Below are positions 9,061 through 19,041 of a stretch of DNA of 36,466 nt, in pieces. The notes under the pieces were generated by a model that did no database searches, was not told where the DNA came from, and saw only the letters and a list, made by a program, of their open reading frames with translations. Each line of letters begins with the position of its first letter. Position 1 is the stretch's first letter. The stretch is from Cyanobacteria bacterium P01_A01_bin.123 (GTDB lineage Bacteria; Cyanobacteriota; Cyanobacteriia; Phormidesmidales; Phormidesmidaceae): contig JBCBZT010000064.1 of assembly GCA_039815185.1 (NCBI GenBank), positions 1-36,466 on the forward strand. The letters run 5' to 3'. Made by a program: the position numbers and the translations under genes.

Positions 9061-10602
9061 CTAACCACCCGACTGCAAGCTATCCACCTTACGCACAAAT
9101 AAATCACTTAATAACGTAATCACCCGTCGCTTGCGCAGTTTGATATTGGCACTCACCGACATCCCCGTTTGCAGCGCTAGCGGCTTATCACCCACTTTCC
9201 CCAAAGATTGGGCATCGAGTGCGATTTCTGCGGGGAAACGGAAAAACTGGAACGTCTCATCTGGGGGTAAAGCATCGGAACCAATGCCGATCAGCGTTCC
9301 CTCCACGTCACCAAATTCGCTGTAAGGGAAGGCGTCAATCCGCACGTCTACCTTTTGATCTAGCTCCACGAAGCCAATATCACGATTGTTGATAAAAACT
9401 CGTGCCACCAAAGTTTCTTCCGGTACGATTTCGAGAATTGGCTCGGTGGAGTTGGCCACATAACCGGGCTTGTTGGCCGCTAAATTGAACACCCTGCCCT
9501 CCACCGGGGCCCGCAGCTCTTGGTAACTTAGGGTTTGCTGAGACTGGCGAATCTGACTGGAGATCTCTTCCAACTGCTTATCGTTTTCAAGAATCTGCTT
9601 GGTCAACTGGCTATCGATCTGGGCGATTTGATTGTTATTGACCGCAATCCGATCTTGTAGTTCTTCGTTGACGCCCGCACCTTCGTTGGCCAATTGTTCT
9701 CTGGCTTGGGAAATCGCCACCAGAAGACGCTGCTCCTCTTGCTCCAAATTGTTCACCTGTGTCAGGCGATTTTTCACCTCTTGCTCTTGATTAAGCACTT
9801 GTAACTCTGCCGTACCGCCACGTTCAAACAGTTCAGAAAGCCGTGACAAGATATTTTGGTTCAACGCTAAATCTTCACGGGCATTAGCGAGTTGAATTGA
9901 GTTTTGCTCTAGCTGACGTGAGAGCTGATCGATCTCCAAAGCCGCCACAGATAACCGCGATCGCGTTTCGGCTTGAGACGTCTCCAGACGGGCTCGCTGA
10001 TCGGCGCTGAGATCACCAATCCCCCCGCCCTGGAGCTGAATTCGGTAGAGGGCGTTTTCAGCAATGAGAACTTCTCGGTTACGGGTTAGCTGAATAATTT
10101 CAGTCGGCAACGGCAGCAAATTTTCATCTTCTGGGGCCAATGTCCCTTCTAGGGTAGCTCGATAAAACTGGTTTTCTTGCCGTAGCTTTTCGCGAATTTC
10201 TTCTAAGGAGTCTAATTGGGCCTGGGCCGCAGTTTGGTCAAAGCTAACGAGGACTGTACCGGGTTCGACGCGATCGCCTTCTTCAACATGAATCTCAGAC
10301 ACCACGCCCCCCACTGGCGCTTGTACAGGCTGCACTGCACCCTCAGGTTCTAGCTTGCCCTGAGCCGGAATCGCCTCTTCAATTTTGGCCAGACAGGCCC
10401 AGGCGATCGCAGCCGTCGTCACCCCCACAATTGACCATAACAACAGCCGCGACCAAATCGGTGACTGACGTAAAATCACCGATTTATCAAAAGGCTCCCG
10501 ATATAGCTTAGGCACAGCAGGCGCTGCTGCCGTCCCAGCTTGAGGGGGAACTGCGCCGTTACCGTTAGCAGTTGCTCCATTAGATGTGCTGTTCACTCTC
10601 AT
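9061..10602 (-). CDS. HlyD-family membrane fusion protein of type I secretion
   Basis: N-terminal TM segment, lipoyl half-motifs (VQAPVGGVV...LRAPVEGRV), long coiled coil, DAFPYSEFG, GMSVSANIK. AGGAG RBS. Confidence 0.95.
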   Translation of the reverse strand: MRVNSTSNGATANGNGAVPPQAGTAAAPAVPKLYREPFDKSVILRQSPIWSRLLLWSIVGVTTAAIAWACLAKIEEAIPAQGKLEPEGAVQPVQAPVGGVVSEIHVEEGDRVEPGTVLVSFDQTAAQAQLDSLEEIREKLRQENQFYRATLEGTLAPEDENLLPLPTEIIQLTRNREVLIAENALYRIQLQGGGIGDLSADQRARLETSQAETRSRLSVAALEIDQLSRQLEQNSIQLANAREDLALNQNILSRLSELFERGGTAELQVLNQEQEVKNRLTQVNNLEQEEQRLLVAISQAREQLANEGAGVNEELQDRIAVNNNQIAQIDSQLTKQILENDKQLEEISSQIRQSQQTLSYQELRAPVEGRVFNLAANKPGYVANSTEPILEIVPEETLVARVFINNRDIGFVELDQKVDVRIDAFPYSEFGDVEGTLIGIGSDALPPDETFQFFRFPAEIALDAQSLGKVGDKPLALQTGMSVSANIKLRKRRVITLLSDLFVRKVDSLQSGG

Positions 10603-10613
10603 TTTGCAATCTC

Positions 10614-13592
10614 CTAAACCATCGTTGTCTGTTGCTGATACAGACAGAAATACCGCCCTTTGAGGGCCATCAATTCAGCATGGGTGCCTTGCTCAACTGC
10701 TGCGCCTTTGTCCATCACTAAGATCTGATCGGCGTTACGAATGGTATTCAGGCGGTGGGTGATAAAAAAGACCGTGCGGCCTTGGGCCCATTGCATCAAG
10801 TTATCACTGACTTGCCGTTCGGTATCGTAGTCGAGGGCACTGGTGGCTTCGTCTAAGATCAGCAGGCGTGGGTTTTGCAGCACCGTTCGCGCGATCGCGA
10901 TGCGTTGCCGCTGCCCCCCCGAGAGCGATGATCCCCGTTCACCCACTCGCGAGTTATAGCCGATGGACATATCCATAATAAAGTCGTGGGCACAGGCGAT
11001 TTTAGCCGCTTCCACAATGGACTCCACGTCAGCATCAGGGTTGGTCAGGGCGATATTTTCTTGAATGGAACCCTCAAACAGCAGACTGTCTTGGGGCACA
11101 ATGCCCACCTGCTGCCGGAGAGAATAAAGTTCGACTTTAGCAATATCGTATTTATCGATTAAGATCCGGCCCGAATCAGGTTCGTATAGCCGGGGCAGCA
11201 GTTTCATCAACGTACTCTTACCCGAACCACTCTGGCCGACAATGCCAATAAAATGGCCGGGTTCAAATTCTAGGGTGATATTGGCCAACTGCAGGGGGCC
11301 AGAAGCGGCAAACCGAAACGATAGATTTTCATAGCGGACTCGCCCCTCAATCGCTGGCATGGGAATCTGATTGCGGTTATCTTCATCCGCCTCTTGGGGA
11401 TGATCGATAATGTCGCTCAAACGCTCTAAGGACAAAGCCGTTTCTTGGAAGTTTTGCCAGATTTGAGCCAGCCTCAGCAGCGGTGCAGTCACGTAGCCTG
11501 AAATAATCCGGAAGGCGATCAGCTGGCCCAGGGTAAGTTGGCCTTGCAACACCAGATAAGCCCCCACCCACAGCACCAACAGCGCCGACATTTTATTCAA
11601 GAAGTTACTGGTGGAGCCCGCAGCAGTTGACGTCAGGACATTTTGGAAGCCCGCGCTAACGTAACGGGAATAGAGATCTTGCCAGCGCCAGCGGGTTTTG
11701 AGTTCGATATTTTGGGCCTTGACCGTTTGGATCCCAGACAGAGCCTCCACTAAATAGGATTGGGTCGCCGCGTTGCGTTCGGCTTTAACGCGCAGTTGGC
11801 GACGCACGATCGGAGAGACAACTAGGGTCAAACCAATAAAGAAGGGAATACTCAGCAGCGCCACCAGGGTCAGTATCCAGCTGTAAAACAGCATCACTAC
11901 GATGTAAAGCACCGAGAAAATGGCATCTAACACCACGGTCAGGGCCGTACCCGTCAGAAACTGGCGGATATTTTCTAGCTCGTTGACGCGGCTGGAGAGT
12001 TCCCCGACGGGGCGACGGTCAAAATAGCGCAGGGGCAACCGCAGCAGGTGATCGATAATTTCTGAGCCCAAGGCCATGTCGATACGGTTGGTGGTATCGA
12101 CAAACAGGTACGTTCGCAAACTGCTGAGTAGGGCTTCAAAAATCGCCACAATCACCAAGAAAATACCCAACACCTGTAGGGTGTCGATGCTGTTTTGGAC
12201 AATCACCCGGTCGATAATCACCTGCACCATCAGGGGATTAGCCAATCCGAACAGCTGCACAAAAAATGAGGCAATGAATACCTCAATCAGGACACCTCGA
12301 TAGCGTTTGAGGGAAGGGATAAACCAAGAGATGCCAAAGCGTTTTTGTGGAGTTTCGGCGGTGGTTTCCAGCAGTAGAGCTTCGTTGCTTTCGCCAAAGA
12401 CATCTTCAAAGTCGGCGGCACTACGGCGCACTACACCAATGTCGGGGATGCCCAGCACTCTCTCACGCTGGTTAGTTTCGTACAGGACAGCCATGCCCTC
12501 ATTCCAGTGGATGAGCGCCGGGGTGGGCAGACGATGAATTTTATCAACGGGGACTTTGACCAGTTGAGTTTTGAGGCCGAGCATTTCGGCGATCGCGCCA
12601 CACAGCTGCAACGATAACCCAGTGCGGCTCAACTGGTTGTTTAAGATCCGCTGCACCACATCCCGACGGAAGGGTAAATTCAGGTGCTGACTAACCATGG
12701 CGAAACAAGCCAGGGTGCCGTTTATCGGGCCACTGCCGCGCACATAGGGATACTCAAGCGAGGTTTGCGCTTCAGTCGCTTTAGCCCCATCGTCTACCAC
12801 ATTTTCTGAGATGGTGGCATCAGCATAGGGAGCATCCCCCCAAGGATCAGGGACGGAGTGCTCCACCGTATCTTCTGGCGTAGGGGCTGGGGTAGCGACT
12901 AAACTGCCTACACTTTCAAACCCGATGAGGCGCAACGGGCGATCGCCGCTGACCTTCAAGCCAGCTTCAGGGTGGTCGGGCAGGGGATCGCCGGCTTTGT
13001 GAGTCCCTAGGATGCCGCTACTAACCACCCAAATTCGATTGGGAGAGAGGGCTGGCAAGGCGCTACCGGGCGGAAAATGGCGCACATCAGCCGTGGTGCT
13101 GATGCGGTTAGCCAAGTCACGTAGGTTGCCGGTCACCTCGGCTTGATTTTGCAAAATGTAGCCCATCAGATCAAAGGCTTCAGCGATCGAACAGCGATCG
13201 CGTAACGTTGCCTGCAATCCCGAACTCTGCTGCAAGATACTTAAAAACGTTTGGGCCGGGAAGGTAAGACAGGTCACTTCGCTAGAGGCGATCGCCGTTT
13301 CACAAGGAATCCCCCGAATTAATCCAGCTATTCCCAGCAATTGTCCCCGCTCCAGCCGCTTCAGCGTGATAGGTGCCTGGGTTTGGAGATCATAGCCAAT
13401 TAACCGGGCTTGACCTTCTAACAGCAGCGCAATCTGATGGGGCAGCGTTTCTCGTCGCAGCATCGGCTGGCCCATGCGGTAGCGTAGCGGTTGGGCCTGG
13501 GTGGCTAGCTGGTTGAGCTGCGCGTCTGAGAGGCGGCTAAAGGCAGCGGTCTCGCGCAGAATATCCGTGACAGATAGCTGAGTTTCAGTCAT
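10614..13592 (-). CDS. type I secretion ABC transporter (cNMP-binding-like N-terminus, C39-like domain, ABC TM and ATPase domains)
   Basis: GQSGSGKS, LSGGQRQR, ILDEATSALD and an HlyB-type TM domain. Start placed at ATG 13592, which overlaps the upstream stop. Confidence 0.95.
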   Translation of the reverse strand: MTETQLSVTDILRETAAFSRLSDAQLNQLATQAQPLRYRMGQPMLRRETLPHQIALLLEGQARLIGYDLQTQAPITLKRLERGQLLGIAGLIRGIPCETAIASSEVTCLTFPAQTFLSILQQSSGLQATLRDRCSIAEAFDLMGYILQNQAEVTGNLRDLANRISTTADVRHFPPGSALPALSPNRIWVVSSGILGTHKAGDPLPDHPEAGLKVSGDRPLRLIGFESVGSLVATPAPTPEDTVEHSVPDPWGDAPYADATISENVVDDGAKATEAQTSLEYPYVRGSGPINGTLACFAMVSQHLNLPFRRDVVQRILNNQLSRTGLSLQLCGAIAEMLGLKTQLVKVPVDKIHRLPTPALIHWNEGMAVLYETNQRERVLGIPDIGVVRRSAADFEDVFGESNEALLLETTAETPQKRFGISWFIPSLKRYRGVLIEVFIASFFVQLFGLANPLMVQVIIDRVIVQNSIDTLQVLGIFLVIVAIFEALLSSLRTYLFVDTTNRIDMALGSEIIDHLLRLPLRYFDRRPVGELSSRVNELENIRQFLTGTALTVVLDAIFSVLYIVVMLFYSWILTLVALLSIPFFIGLTLVVSPIVRRQLRVKAERNAATQSYLVEALSGIQTVKAQNIELKTRWRWQDLYSRYVSAGFQNVLTSTAAGSTSNFLNKMSALLVLWVGAYLVLQGQLTLGQLIAFRIISGYVTAPLLRLAQIWQNFQETALSLERLSDIIDHPQEADEDNRNQIPMPAIEGRVRYENLSFRFAASGPLQLANITLEFEPGHFIGIVGQSGSGKSTLMKLLPRLYEPDSGRILIDKYDIAKVELYSLRQQVGIVPQDSLLFEGSIQENIALTNPDADVESIVEAAKIACAHDFIMDMSIGYNSRVGERGSSLSGGQRQRIAIARTVLQNPRLLILDEATSALDYDTERQVSDNLMQWAQGRTVFFITHRLNTIRNADQILVMDKGAAVEQGTHAELMALKGRYFCLYQQQTTMV

Positions 13593-14563
13593 CTTTCTTC
13601 CGCATTTGCAGGGGTAGGTAACGGGGTGAGGCTCCGATCCAAATCGTGACACAGACAATGAAGCTGTTGGTCAAGCCGATCAAGCAAACGATTTAGGGTG
13701 GTGAGCGAACTTAACTGCGGCGGTGCTTGCCCCAGCATAACCAACAGATTTATCAGTTGGCGTATCCGTTCATGATTGTTAGGGTCATGATTAGGTAAGG
13801 TGGGTGACCACAAGCCACTTTTTACACACCCCATCCAGTGCAACCCGGACTTTAAAGCCGATCGCATCCCTCGGGCATACTTGGGATATGGTGACATAGG
13901 GGGTAGGTAATAGGGGTGATAGGTGAGACCTATCGACTCGCACCAATCTTGCCACTTAAACGACAACACTCGCGGACTCGTCATTACTGGAATCCAAGGG
14001 ACACGAAGGGCATCCGCCGCGATCGCCCCGTGCATGGCTTCTGCGATCAGTACACCACTTTGATCAATCCGCGTCAGGATGGTCTCCACGGGCTCACGGG
14101 GATCAATATAGCCCCACCCCAGTTCGTCACAGGCTTGCTGAAACAGGGGCGCAGCAAAGTTGGCGTGATGGATGTGGGGCATAAACGACATCTGATATAG
14201 TTTGGTCTGATGGGGGGTGTAGCAGCGTCGCAACAACAACCCACCATCGGTAAGCGCCAAATCTTGCGGCAAACCCAGTCGATGGGCAGAACGCGGTCCT
14301 CGTACGGCATAGATCCGCCAGTTGTCAGGAATGTGCTTTAGCGGTCGTTCATAGCCCGCCCCAGTGGTAAACAGCACCGCCCGCTGAAACCCGCTGAGCC
14401 GTCTGGGCAGCGCACTATTAAGCAGGGTGCCCAAGCCCACAAATGCGGTAGACTCGTCAGCATCATTTAAATAGTTGGGGATCAGCCGCTGCCATAACCA
14501 ACTGTTCAGTTCATCGCCAAAGTTCGGCTGGCGATCGCGTCGTTGATAATAAAATATCTGCAT
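13589..14563 (-). CDS. polysaccharide pyruvyl transferase family protein (ExoV-like)
   Basis: NFGDELN, VRGP, FMPH, AEAMHGAIAADALRVPW and FKWQDW motifs. Confidence 0.85.
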   Translation of the reverse strand: MQIFYYQRRDRQPNFGDELNSWLWQRLIPNYLNDADESTAFVGLGTLLNSALPRRLSGFQRAVLFTTGAGYERPLKHIPDNWRIYAVRGPRSAHRLGLPQDLALTDGGLLLRRCYTPHQTKLYQMSFMPHIHHANFAAPLFQQACDELGWGYIDPREPVETILTRIDQSGVLIAEAMHGAIAADALRVPWIPVMTSPRVLSFKWQDWCESIGLTYHPYYLPPMSPYPKYARGMRSALKSGLHWMGCVKSGLWSPTLPNHDPNNHERIRQLINLLVMLGQAPPQLSSLTTLNRLLDRLDQQLHCLCHDLDRSLTPLPTPANAEER

Positions 14564-15619
14564 CTATCCAGCTCCCCCCAACACAACACCTCGGCTCCGC
14601 AACCGACGCTGGGCTTTCTCCACAAGCGTCTCCCCAACCGATCGCTGCAACCGAAGACTCTGCCGCCACCGGGGCTGAGCACACCAGCGATCATAGGCAG
14701 GTAGCGCCACTGACTGCAAAAACGCAATCCACCGAACAGTAATTCGCTCCGGTGCAATGGCTTCAGCCCGCTGATGCCCTTGAGCGCTCATCTGCCGTCG
14801 CAAATTGACATCGGCTTTGAGGTTCACCAAAGCCGCTTTGAGCTCATTGAGAGAGCTCACCTCTAAATAATCTAGGGGATGCTGACGTTCGCTGCGGAAA
14901 GCCGATTCTTGCCCCAAAATGGCAGGCACTCCTGCCAGCCAGGCGTTGTAGAGCTTCGTAGGCGGCTTGTAGCGATAAAGCTGCTGTTGTTTCAAATAGC
15001 GACGGTTAAAGCTACGGACAGCAATGATCGCGTCTAGGTGGCGGTAGTCATGCCAGCGAGCATCCAAGCTACCATAGTCACTCCAGTGATTGACATTCAC
15101 CACAGGTTGCCAATGCAGGTTCAGGCTCTCCACAAAATTTTGCCACTCAGGCTGCTCTAGCTCCGGTGCCAGACTATCGCGGTGGCCCAGAAAAGCTACC
15201 GTTTCAAAACGATCGCCCCGCTGCGGATCGCGCTTGATCAATCCCGGTTGGGGCCAATGGGGCAAAAATATCCGATTGTGGCCATTCGCCTCAGCTCGAT
15301 TTTGCACTACGTGAAGCTGACCATGGGCATAGGCAGGTTCCTCTGCTTTGAGACAAACCAATAGGAGTGATTGCCCCAGCCTAGGGCGCGGACGAGTGAC
15401 CCGAAAGCTATTGCTGTGGGCAAAGACAATACCCGCCTCAGGGATTTGATCAACCAGCTGGCAAGGCACCCCAGCAGCAGCTAAATGCAGATAGGTTTGC
15501 AGCGTCCAGGCATAAATCCCCAAGCCAAACCCCGGCCAGTTCTCGCTGGGCGACTGGGGCCAATCTGAAGGCCACTGGCTGGAGGGCAAATAAAAATAAA
15601 TTGACGGTAGGGCGATCAT
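14564..15619 (-). CDS. putative glycosyltransferase (GT-B-like C-terminus)
   Basis: HWPQPGLI and YKPPTKLYNAWLAGVPAI motifs, plus operon context. ATG 15619 overlaps the upstream TGA. Confidence 0.7.
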   Translation of the reverse strand: MIALPSIYFYLPSSQWPSDWPQSPSENWPGFGLGIYAWTLQTYLHLAAAGVPCQLVDQIPEAGIVFAHSNSFRVTRPRPRLGQSLLLVCLKAEEPAYAHGQLHVVQNRAEANGHNRIFLPHWPQPGLIKRDPQRGDRFETVAFLGHRDSLAPELEQPEWQNFVESLNLHWQPVVNVNHWSDYGSLDARWHDYRHLDAIIAVRSFNRRYLKQQQLYRYKPPTKLYNAWLAGVPAILGQESAFRSERQHPLDYLEVSSLNELKAALVNLKADVNLRRQMSAQGHQRAEAIAPERITVRWIAFLQSVALPAYDRWCAQPRWRQSLRLQRSVGETLVEKAQRRLRSRGVVLGGAG

Positions 15620-16626
15620 GGCCCTGAAGGCGATCGCCGCCAATTCAACTGTCCCTGCCTGAGCCGCCCAAATCGCTTAGCGCGAAGCTGGGTTTTCAAA
15701 AAATATAAAGGACTGACAAAACTTGACCAGTGCAGCATCCATTCTGACTCAATCACGAGATCTTGATGTAGCAGCAGCGATCGCCAATTACCCCAGACAT
15801 ACTTCACGAGCTTTCGCCCATCATTAACTCCGTGGATTAAAGTCATCAGGGGTCTCTGCCAGGGGCGATAATTCAACATTCGCAGGGGGTAGCGGCTTAG
15901 GCCAATGCCTTGAAACAGGCGCTTTAGATAGCATCGACTCAACCGTTCCTTAGGAATCTGATGCCAAAGCTGCATGGCCGGGTTATACCAGATGGCGTAG
16001 CCTGCCTTGCGAATATACGAGAGGCTCTCCACATCTTCGCCTTTAGTTGCCAGGGAAGTCCCGCAAACGCCAGAGAGTACAGGCACTTCCGGAACATACT
16101 GACGCCAAACATCAGCACGAATCACCATGCCTGCTCCAGCAGGCAGCACGCCTCGAGTAGGCGCATATTGAAACGGGCGATCGCCCCGATCGATAATCGC
16201 TAAACAAGCCGCAATCCGCTGGAAATTTGGCGGGGGGGTGACCTCAAACTGACCGCGAATGCGGCTACCAAAAGCCCCTACTTGGGGATGCTCTCGAGCA
16301 AAATCGTAAGCTGCCTGCACCCAATGACAGTCGGGGAAAGTATCGTCATCTAAAAAACCCACCCAAGCACTGTCAATCACCTCCATAGCTCGACGGCGAG
16401 CATAGGCTAAGCCCTGGCGCGGCTCAAACTCGTAGCGAATAAAGTCTGGCCATTGGCGCTGGTAGCGTTGCACTACAGCAGCGGTTCCATCTTGACTATT
16501 GTTGTCTATCACCACAACTTGCCAGGTGAAGTCGGTCGTGCCTGCCTGCGACTGCAACCGCTCAATCACAGCAGGCAAACGCTGTTCACCATTGTAGGTA
16601 CAAATTACGACGATAAAGTCCGCCAC
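15616..16626 (-). CDS. hpsE: GT2 glycosyltransferase, HpsE-like (hormogonium polysaccharide type)
   Basis: ICTYNG, VIDNNSQD, FLDDD, GED, WYNP and GIGLSR motifs. The HpsE assignment is from recalled similarity, not a search. Confidence 0.7.
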   Translation of the reverse strand: MADFIVVICTYNGEQRLPAVIERLQSQAGTTDFTWQVVVIDNNSQDGTAAVVQRYQRQWPDFIRYEFEPRQGLAYARRRAMEVIDSAWVGFLDDDTFPDCHWVQAAYDFAREHPQVGAFGSRIRGQFEVTPPPNFQRIAACLAIIDRGDRPFQYAPTRGVLPAGAGMVIRADVWRQYVPEVPVLSGVCGTSLATKGEDVESLSYIRKAGYAIWYNPAMQLWHQIPKERLSRCYLKRLFQGIGLSRYPLRMLNYRPWQRPLMTLIHGVNDGRKLVKYVWGNWRSLLLHQDLVIESEWMLHWSSFVSPLYFLKTQLRAKRFGRLRQGQLNWRRSPSGP

Positions 16627-16995
16627 TTACCGATATCCTTACCGAACATCAAACACCACCGTTAAAGTAGCTGCCCGCACAACGCGAGATCACCCAAATA
16701 GCAGCATCAGCCCCCTGCAAGCCGAGATGCTTGACCTAGTGTCCCAGAAAATAAGCTTGAGTTATCCGTAAAATCACTGGAGGATCTTCACCGTCCCATG
16801 ATCAGATTAAATCAATACTGTGATTGGGTTAAGAAGACGAACAATCCCCAGGAAAGAGCCCGCCCCGTATCATGACTACAATAAACATCAAAATAGTTTT
16901 CCAGAAAATTCCTGAGTCTCATATTTGATGCATTATTGGGATGGGTTTTACCTAAAGCTCCCTCCGAATTAGAGCCACCTGTGTGAGAGTCAGCT

Positions 16996-17880
16996 ATGCG
17001 GCATGCATTTTCCCTAGTATCGACCGTATTGATGGTGAGTTGGCTGGGCGTTTCGTGTACGCCTGAACCACCCGTCAGTACCGATAAACTAACCATTGGC
17101 GTTGTCAGCTACGGAGACTCCGAACTGTCTCTGGAGAAATATCAGCGACTCCAAAACTATCTGGCGGAACAAACCAAAATCGCGTTTGAACTGGAAGTGG
17201 CTTACAACGAGCTACAAGCCGTCGAACAGATTCAGCGCCAAAATTGGTCGCTCGTGTTTGCGCCACCGGGTCTAGTCGCGATCGCATCGCAAAAGGGCTA
17301 CACCCAACTGTTTCCGCTCGAAAATCAGGGAAATGCCCAACATGCCTTGATTGTGGTCAGCGCCGACAGCGGCATTGAAACCCTCAGTCAGCTTCAAGAT
17401 GAAGTCATTGCCCTAGGCGAACCCGGATCAGCAGCGGGCTACTACTTGCCTCTTTATGATCTGTATGGCTTGACTTTAGAAGAAGCCCGCTTTGCCCCCA
17501 CCCCCCGCACGGTTTTGGAATGGATAAGCGAGGGAGAAGTAACGGCTGGGGCGATCGCAGACGTCGATTTTGAACAATTCAAATCAGAATTTGGGGCCGA
17601 GAATTTTGAAATTTTGCACAGAAGCCGTGCAATTCCAGTCGGGGTGGTGCTTGTCGGGGCAATCGATCGCAACCAAGAAGAATTCATCACCCGCATCATG
17701 CAAGCAGCCCCCGCCGACATCGTCAGCGACGCCCGCTATATCCCCAGTGCACCCTTACCCGATTACAGGACATTTATTGAAATTGTAAATAAGGTTGGCC
17801 CCCTAGAAGAGAGAGTCCAGCAAACCCCAGCAATCTTGACCATCGACATCGACACGGAAGTTATTGAACCCGAAGAATAA
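16996..17880 (+). CDS. phosphate/phosphite/phosphonate ABC substrate-binding-like lipoprotein (PhnD family)
   Basis: Signal peptide with GVSC lipobox, ALGEPGSAAGYYLP motif, PBP2-type layout. Confidence 0.8.
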   Translation: MRHAFSLVSTVLMVSWLGVSCTPEPPVSTDKLTIGVVSYGDSELSLEKYQRLQNYLAEQTKIAFELEVAYNELQAVEQIQRQNWSLVFAPPGLVAIASQKGYTQLFPLENQGNAQHALIVVSADSGIETLSQLQDEVIALGEPGSAAGYYLPLYDLYGLTLEEARFAPTPRTVLEWISEGEVTAGAIADVDFEQFKSEFGAENFEILHRSRAIPVGVVLVGAIDRNQEEFITRIMQAAPADIVSDARYIPSAPLPDYRTFIEIVNKVGPLEERVQQTPAILTIDIDTEVIEPEE

Positions 17881-17977
17881 TTCCCTCACATCAGGGCCCG
17901 CCAAGCTCAACTCCCAGCCCAGCCAATCAGACGCTATCGGCACTCAAATCCTGCCTTGCGCTTAATTTTTTCGGCGA

Positions 17978-19021
17978 CTACTCGCTTAAACGCTGCAACA
18001 CCAATAGACGATTGGTTAAGAAGACTTCCTGCTGTTTGTCTTCGATTTCTCTGGCGATCGCCAATGCTCGTTGATAAAACGACTCAGCGGTTGCAACTTC
18101 ACCATCACTTTCAAAAAATTCGCCCAGTTGACGGTAAGTGATCATCTGCTGAAATGGGTCAGTAGATTCATTCAGCGTCAGCGCCACTCGTTGATCGAGC
18201 ACTTGCTCAATGCTGTAACTGTAATCTTCACCCAAGGCTTGATAAGAACGATACAAACCGTTCAAAGAATGAAGCTGTAAACGGCGATCGCCTGAGGCTT
18301 CAGCCGCTCTTAGCGCTAGCCCATAGGCACCCAAGGCTCGTTCGGGCTGATTGATTTGGGTATACAAATCTCCCAAATTATTAAGGGTATTGGCTTCTCC
18401 CAGCAAATCTCCCCCGGCATAGCGAAAAGCGCTGGCTCGCTCAAATAGCTTAATCGCGTCTCGATAGTTGCCTCGTGACCGTTCTATGACAGCCATATTG
18501 CTAAGAGAAAGACCAATGCCGCGATAGTCTTCGATGCTTTGAGCGACGTCCAATCCTTGGTTGAACGAGTCCTCCGCGGCGATCAAATTGCCCCGCTGCA
18601 AAAATAGACTGCCCAGATTATTCCAACCAAATACTTGACCATGTAAGTCATCGTTGTCTACAGCAACCGCCAGTCGGCGACGCAGAAGATCTTCGGCTTC
18701 GCTGTAGCGGCCCAAATCAGCATAGGTAAGGCCAATAAAGTCGTAAGCAATGCCAATGGCACTCAAATCTCCTAAGCGATCATAGGCATCAATGGCTTCA
18801 TACCAGGTATTGATCGCTTGCTGATAACTCCCTTCGGCCCGCTGTTGATTTCCCAACCGCATTAATCGATCGGCCACATCGCGATCGCGGTTGGTCGCAT
18901 CCCCAAAAGGACTAATCTCAAGCTGTTGTTCAATCGTGTCGGCTACACCGGGCAGGGGCCAACTCACCCCGGAGACAATCGCCACAGTTCCCACCACTAG
19001 TCCTAAATATTGTCGGTTCAT
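17978..19021 (-). CDS. secreted/periplasmic TPR protein
   Basis: Signal-peptide-like N-terminus and repeated NNLG TPR units. AGGAGG lies 6 nt before ATG 19021. Confidence 0.88.
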   Translation of the reverse strand: MNRQYLGLVVGTVAIVSGVSWPLPGVADTIEQQLEISPFGDATNRDRDVADRLMRLGNQQRAEGSYQQAINTWYEAIDAYDRLGDLSAIGIAYDFIGLTYADLGRYSEAEDLLRRRLAVAVDNDDLHGQVFGWNNLGSLFLQRGNLIAAEDSFNQGLDVAQSIEDYRGIGLSLSNMAVIERSRGNYRDAIKLFERASAFRYAGGDLLGEANTLNNLGDLYTQINQPERALGAYGLALRAAEASGDRRLQLHSLNGLYRSYQALGEDYSYSIEQVLDQRVALTLNESTDPFQQMITYRQLGEFFESDGEVATAESFYQRALAIAREIEDKQQEVFLTNRLLVLQRLSE

Positions 19022-19041
19022 CCCCAACCTCCTGATCGTCG

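Noticed and set aside
13593..13658. N-terminal extension of the ABC transporter in the ORF track
   Set aside because: It overlaps the upstream gene. ATG 13592 gives a standard ATGA coupling.
16867..16879. NtcA-like site GTATCATGACTAC
   Set aside because: The spacing is GTA-N7-TAC, not the canonical N8.
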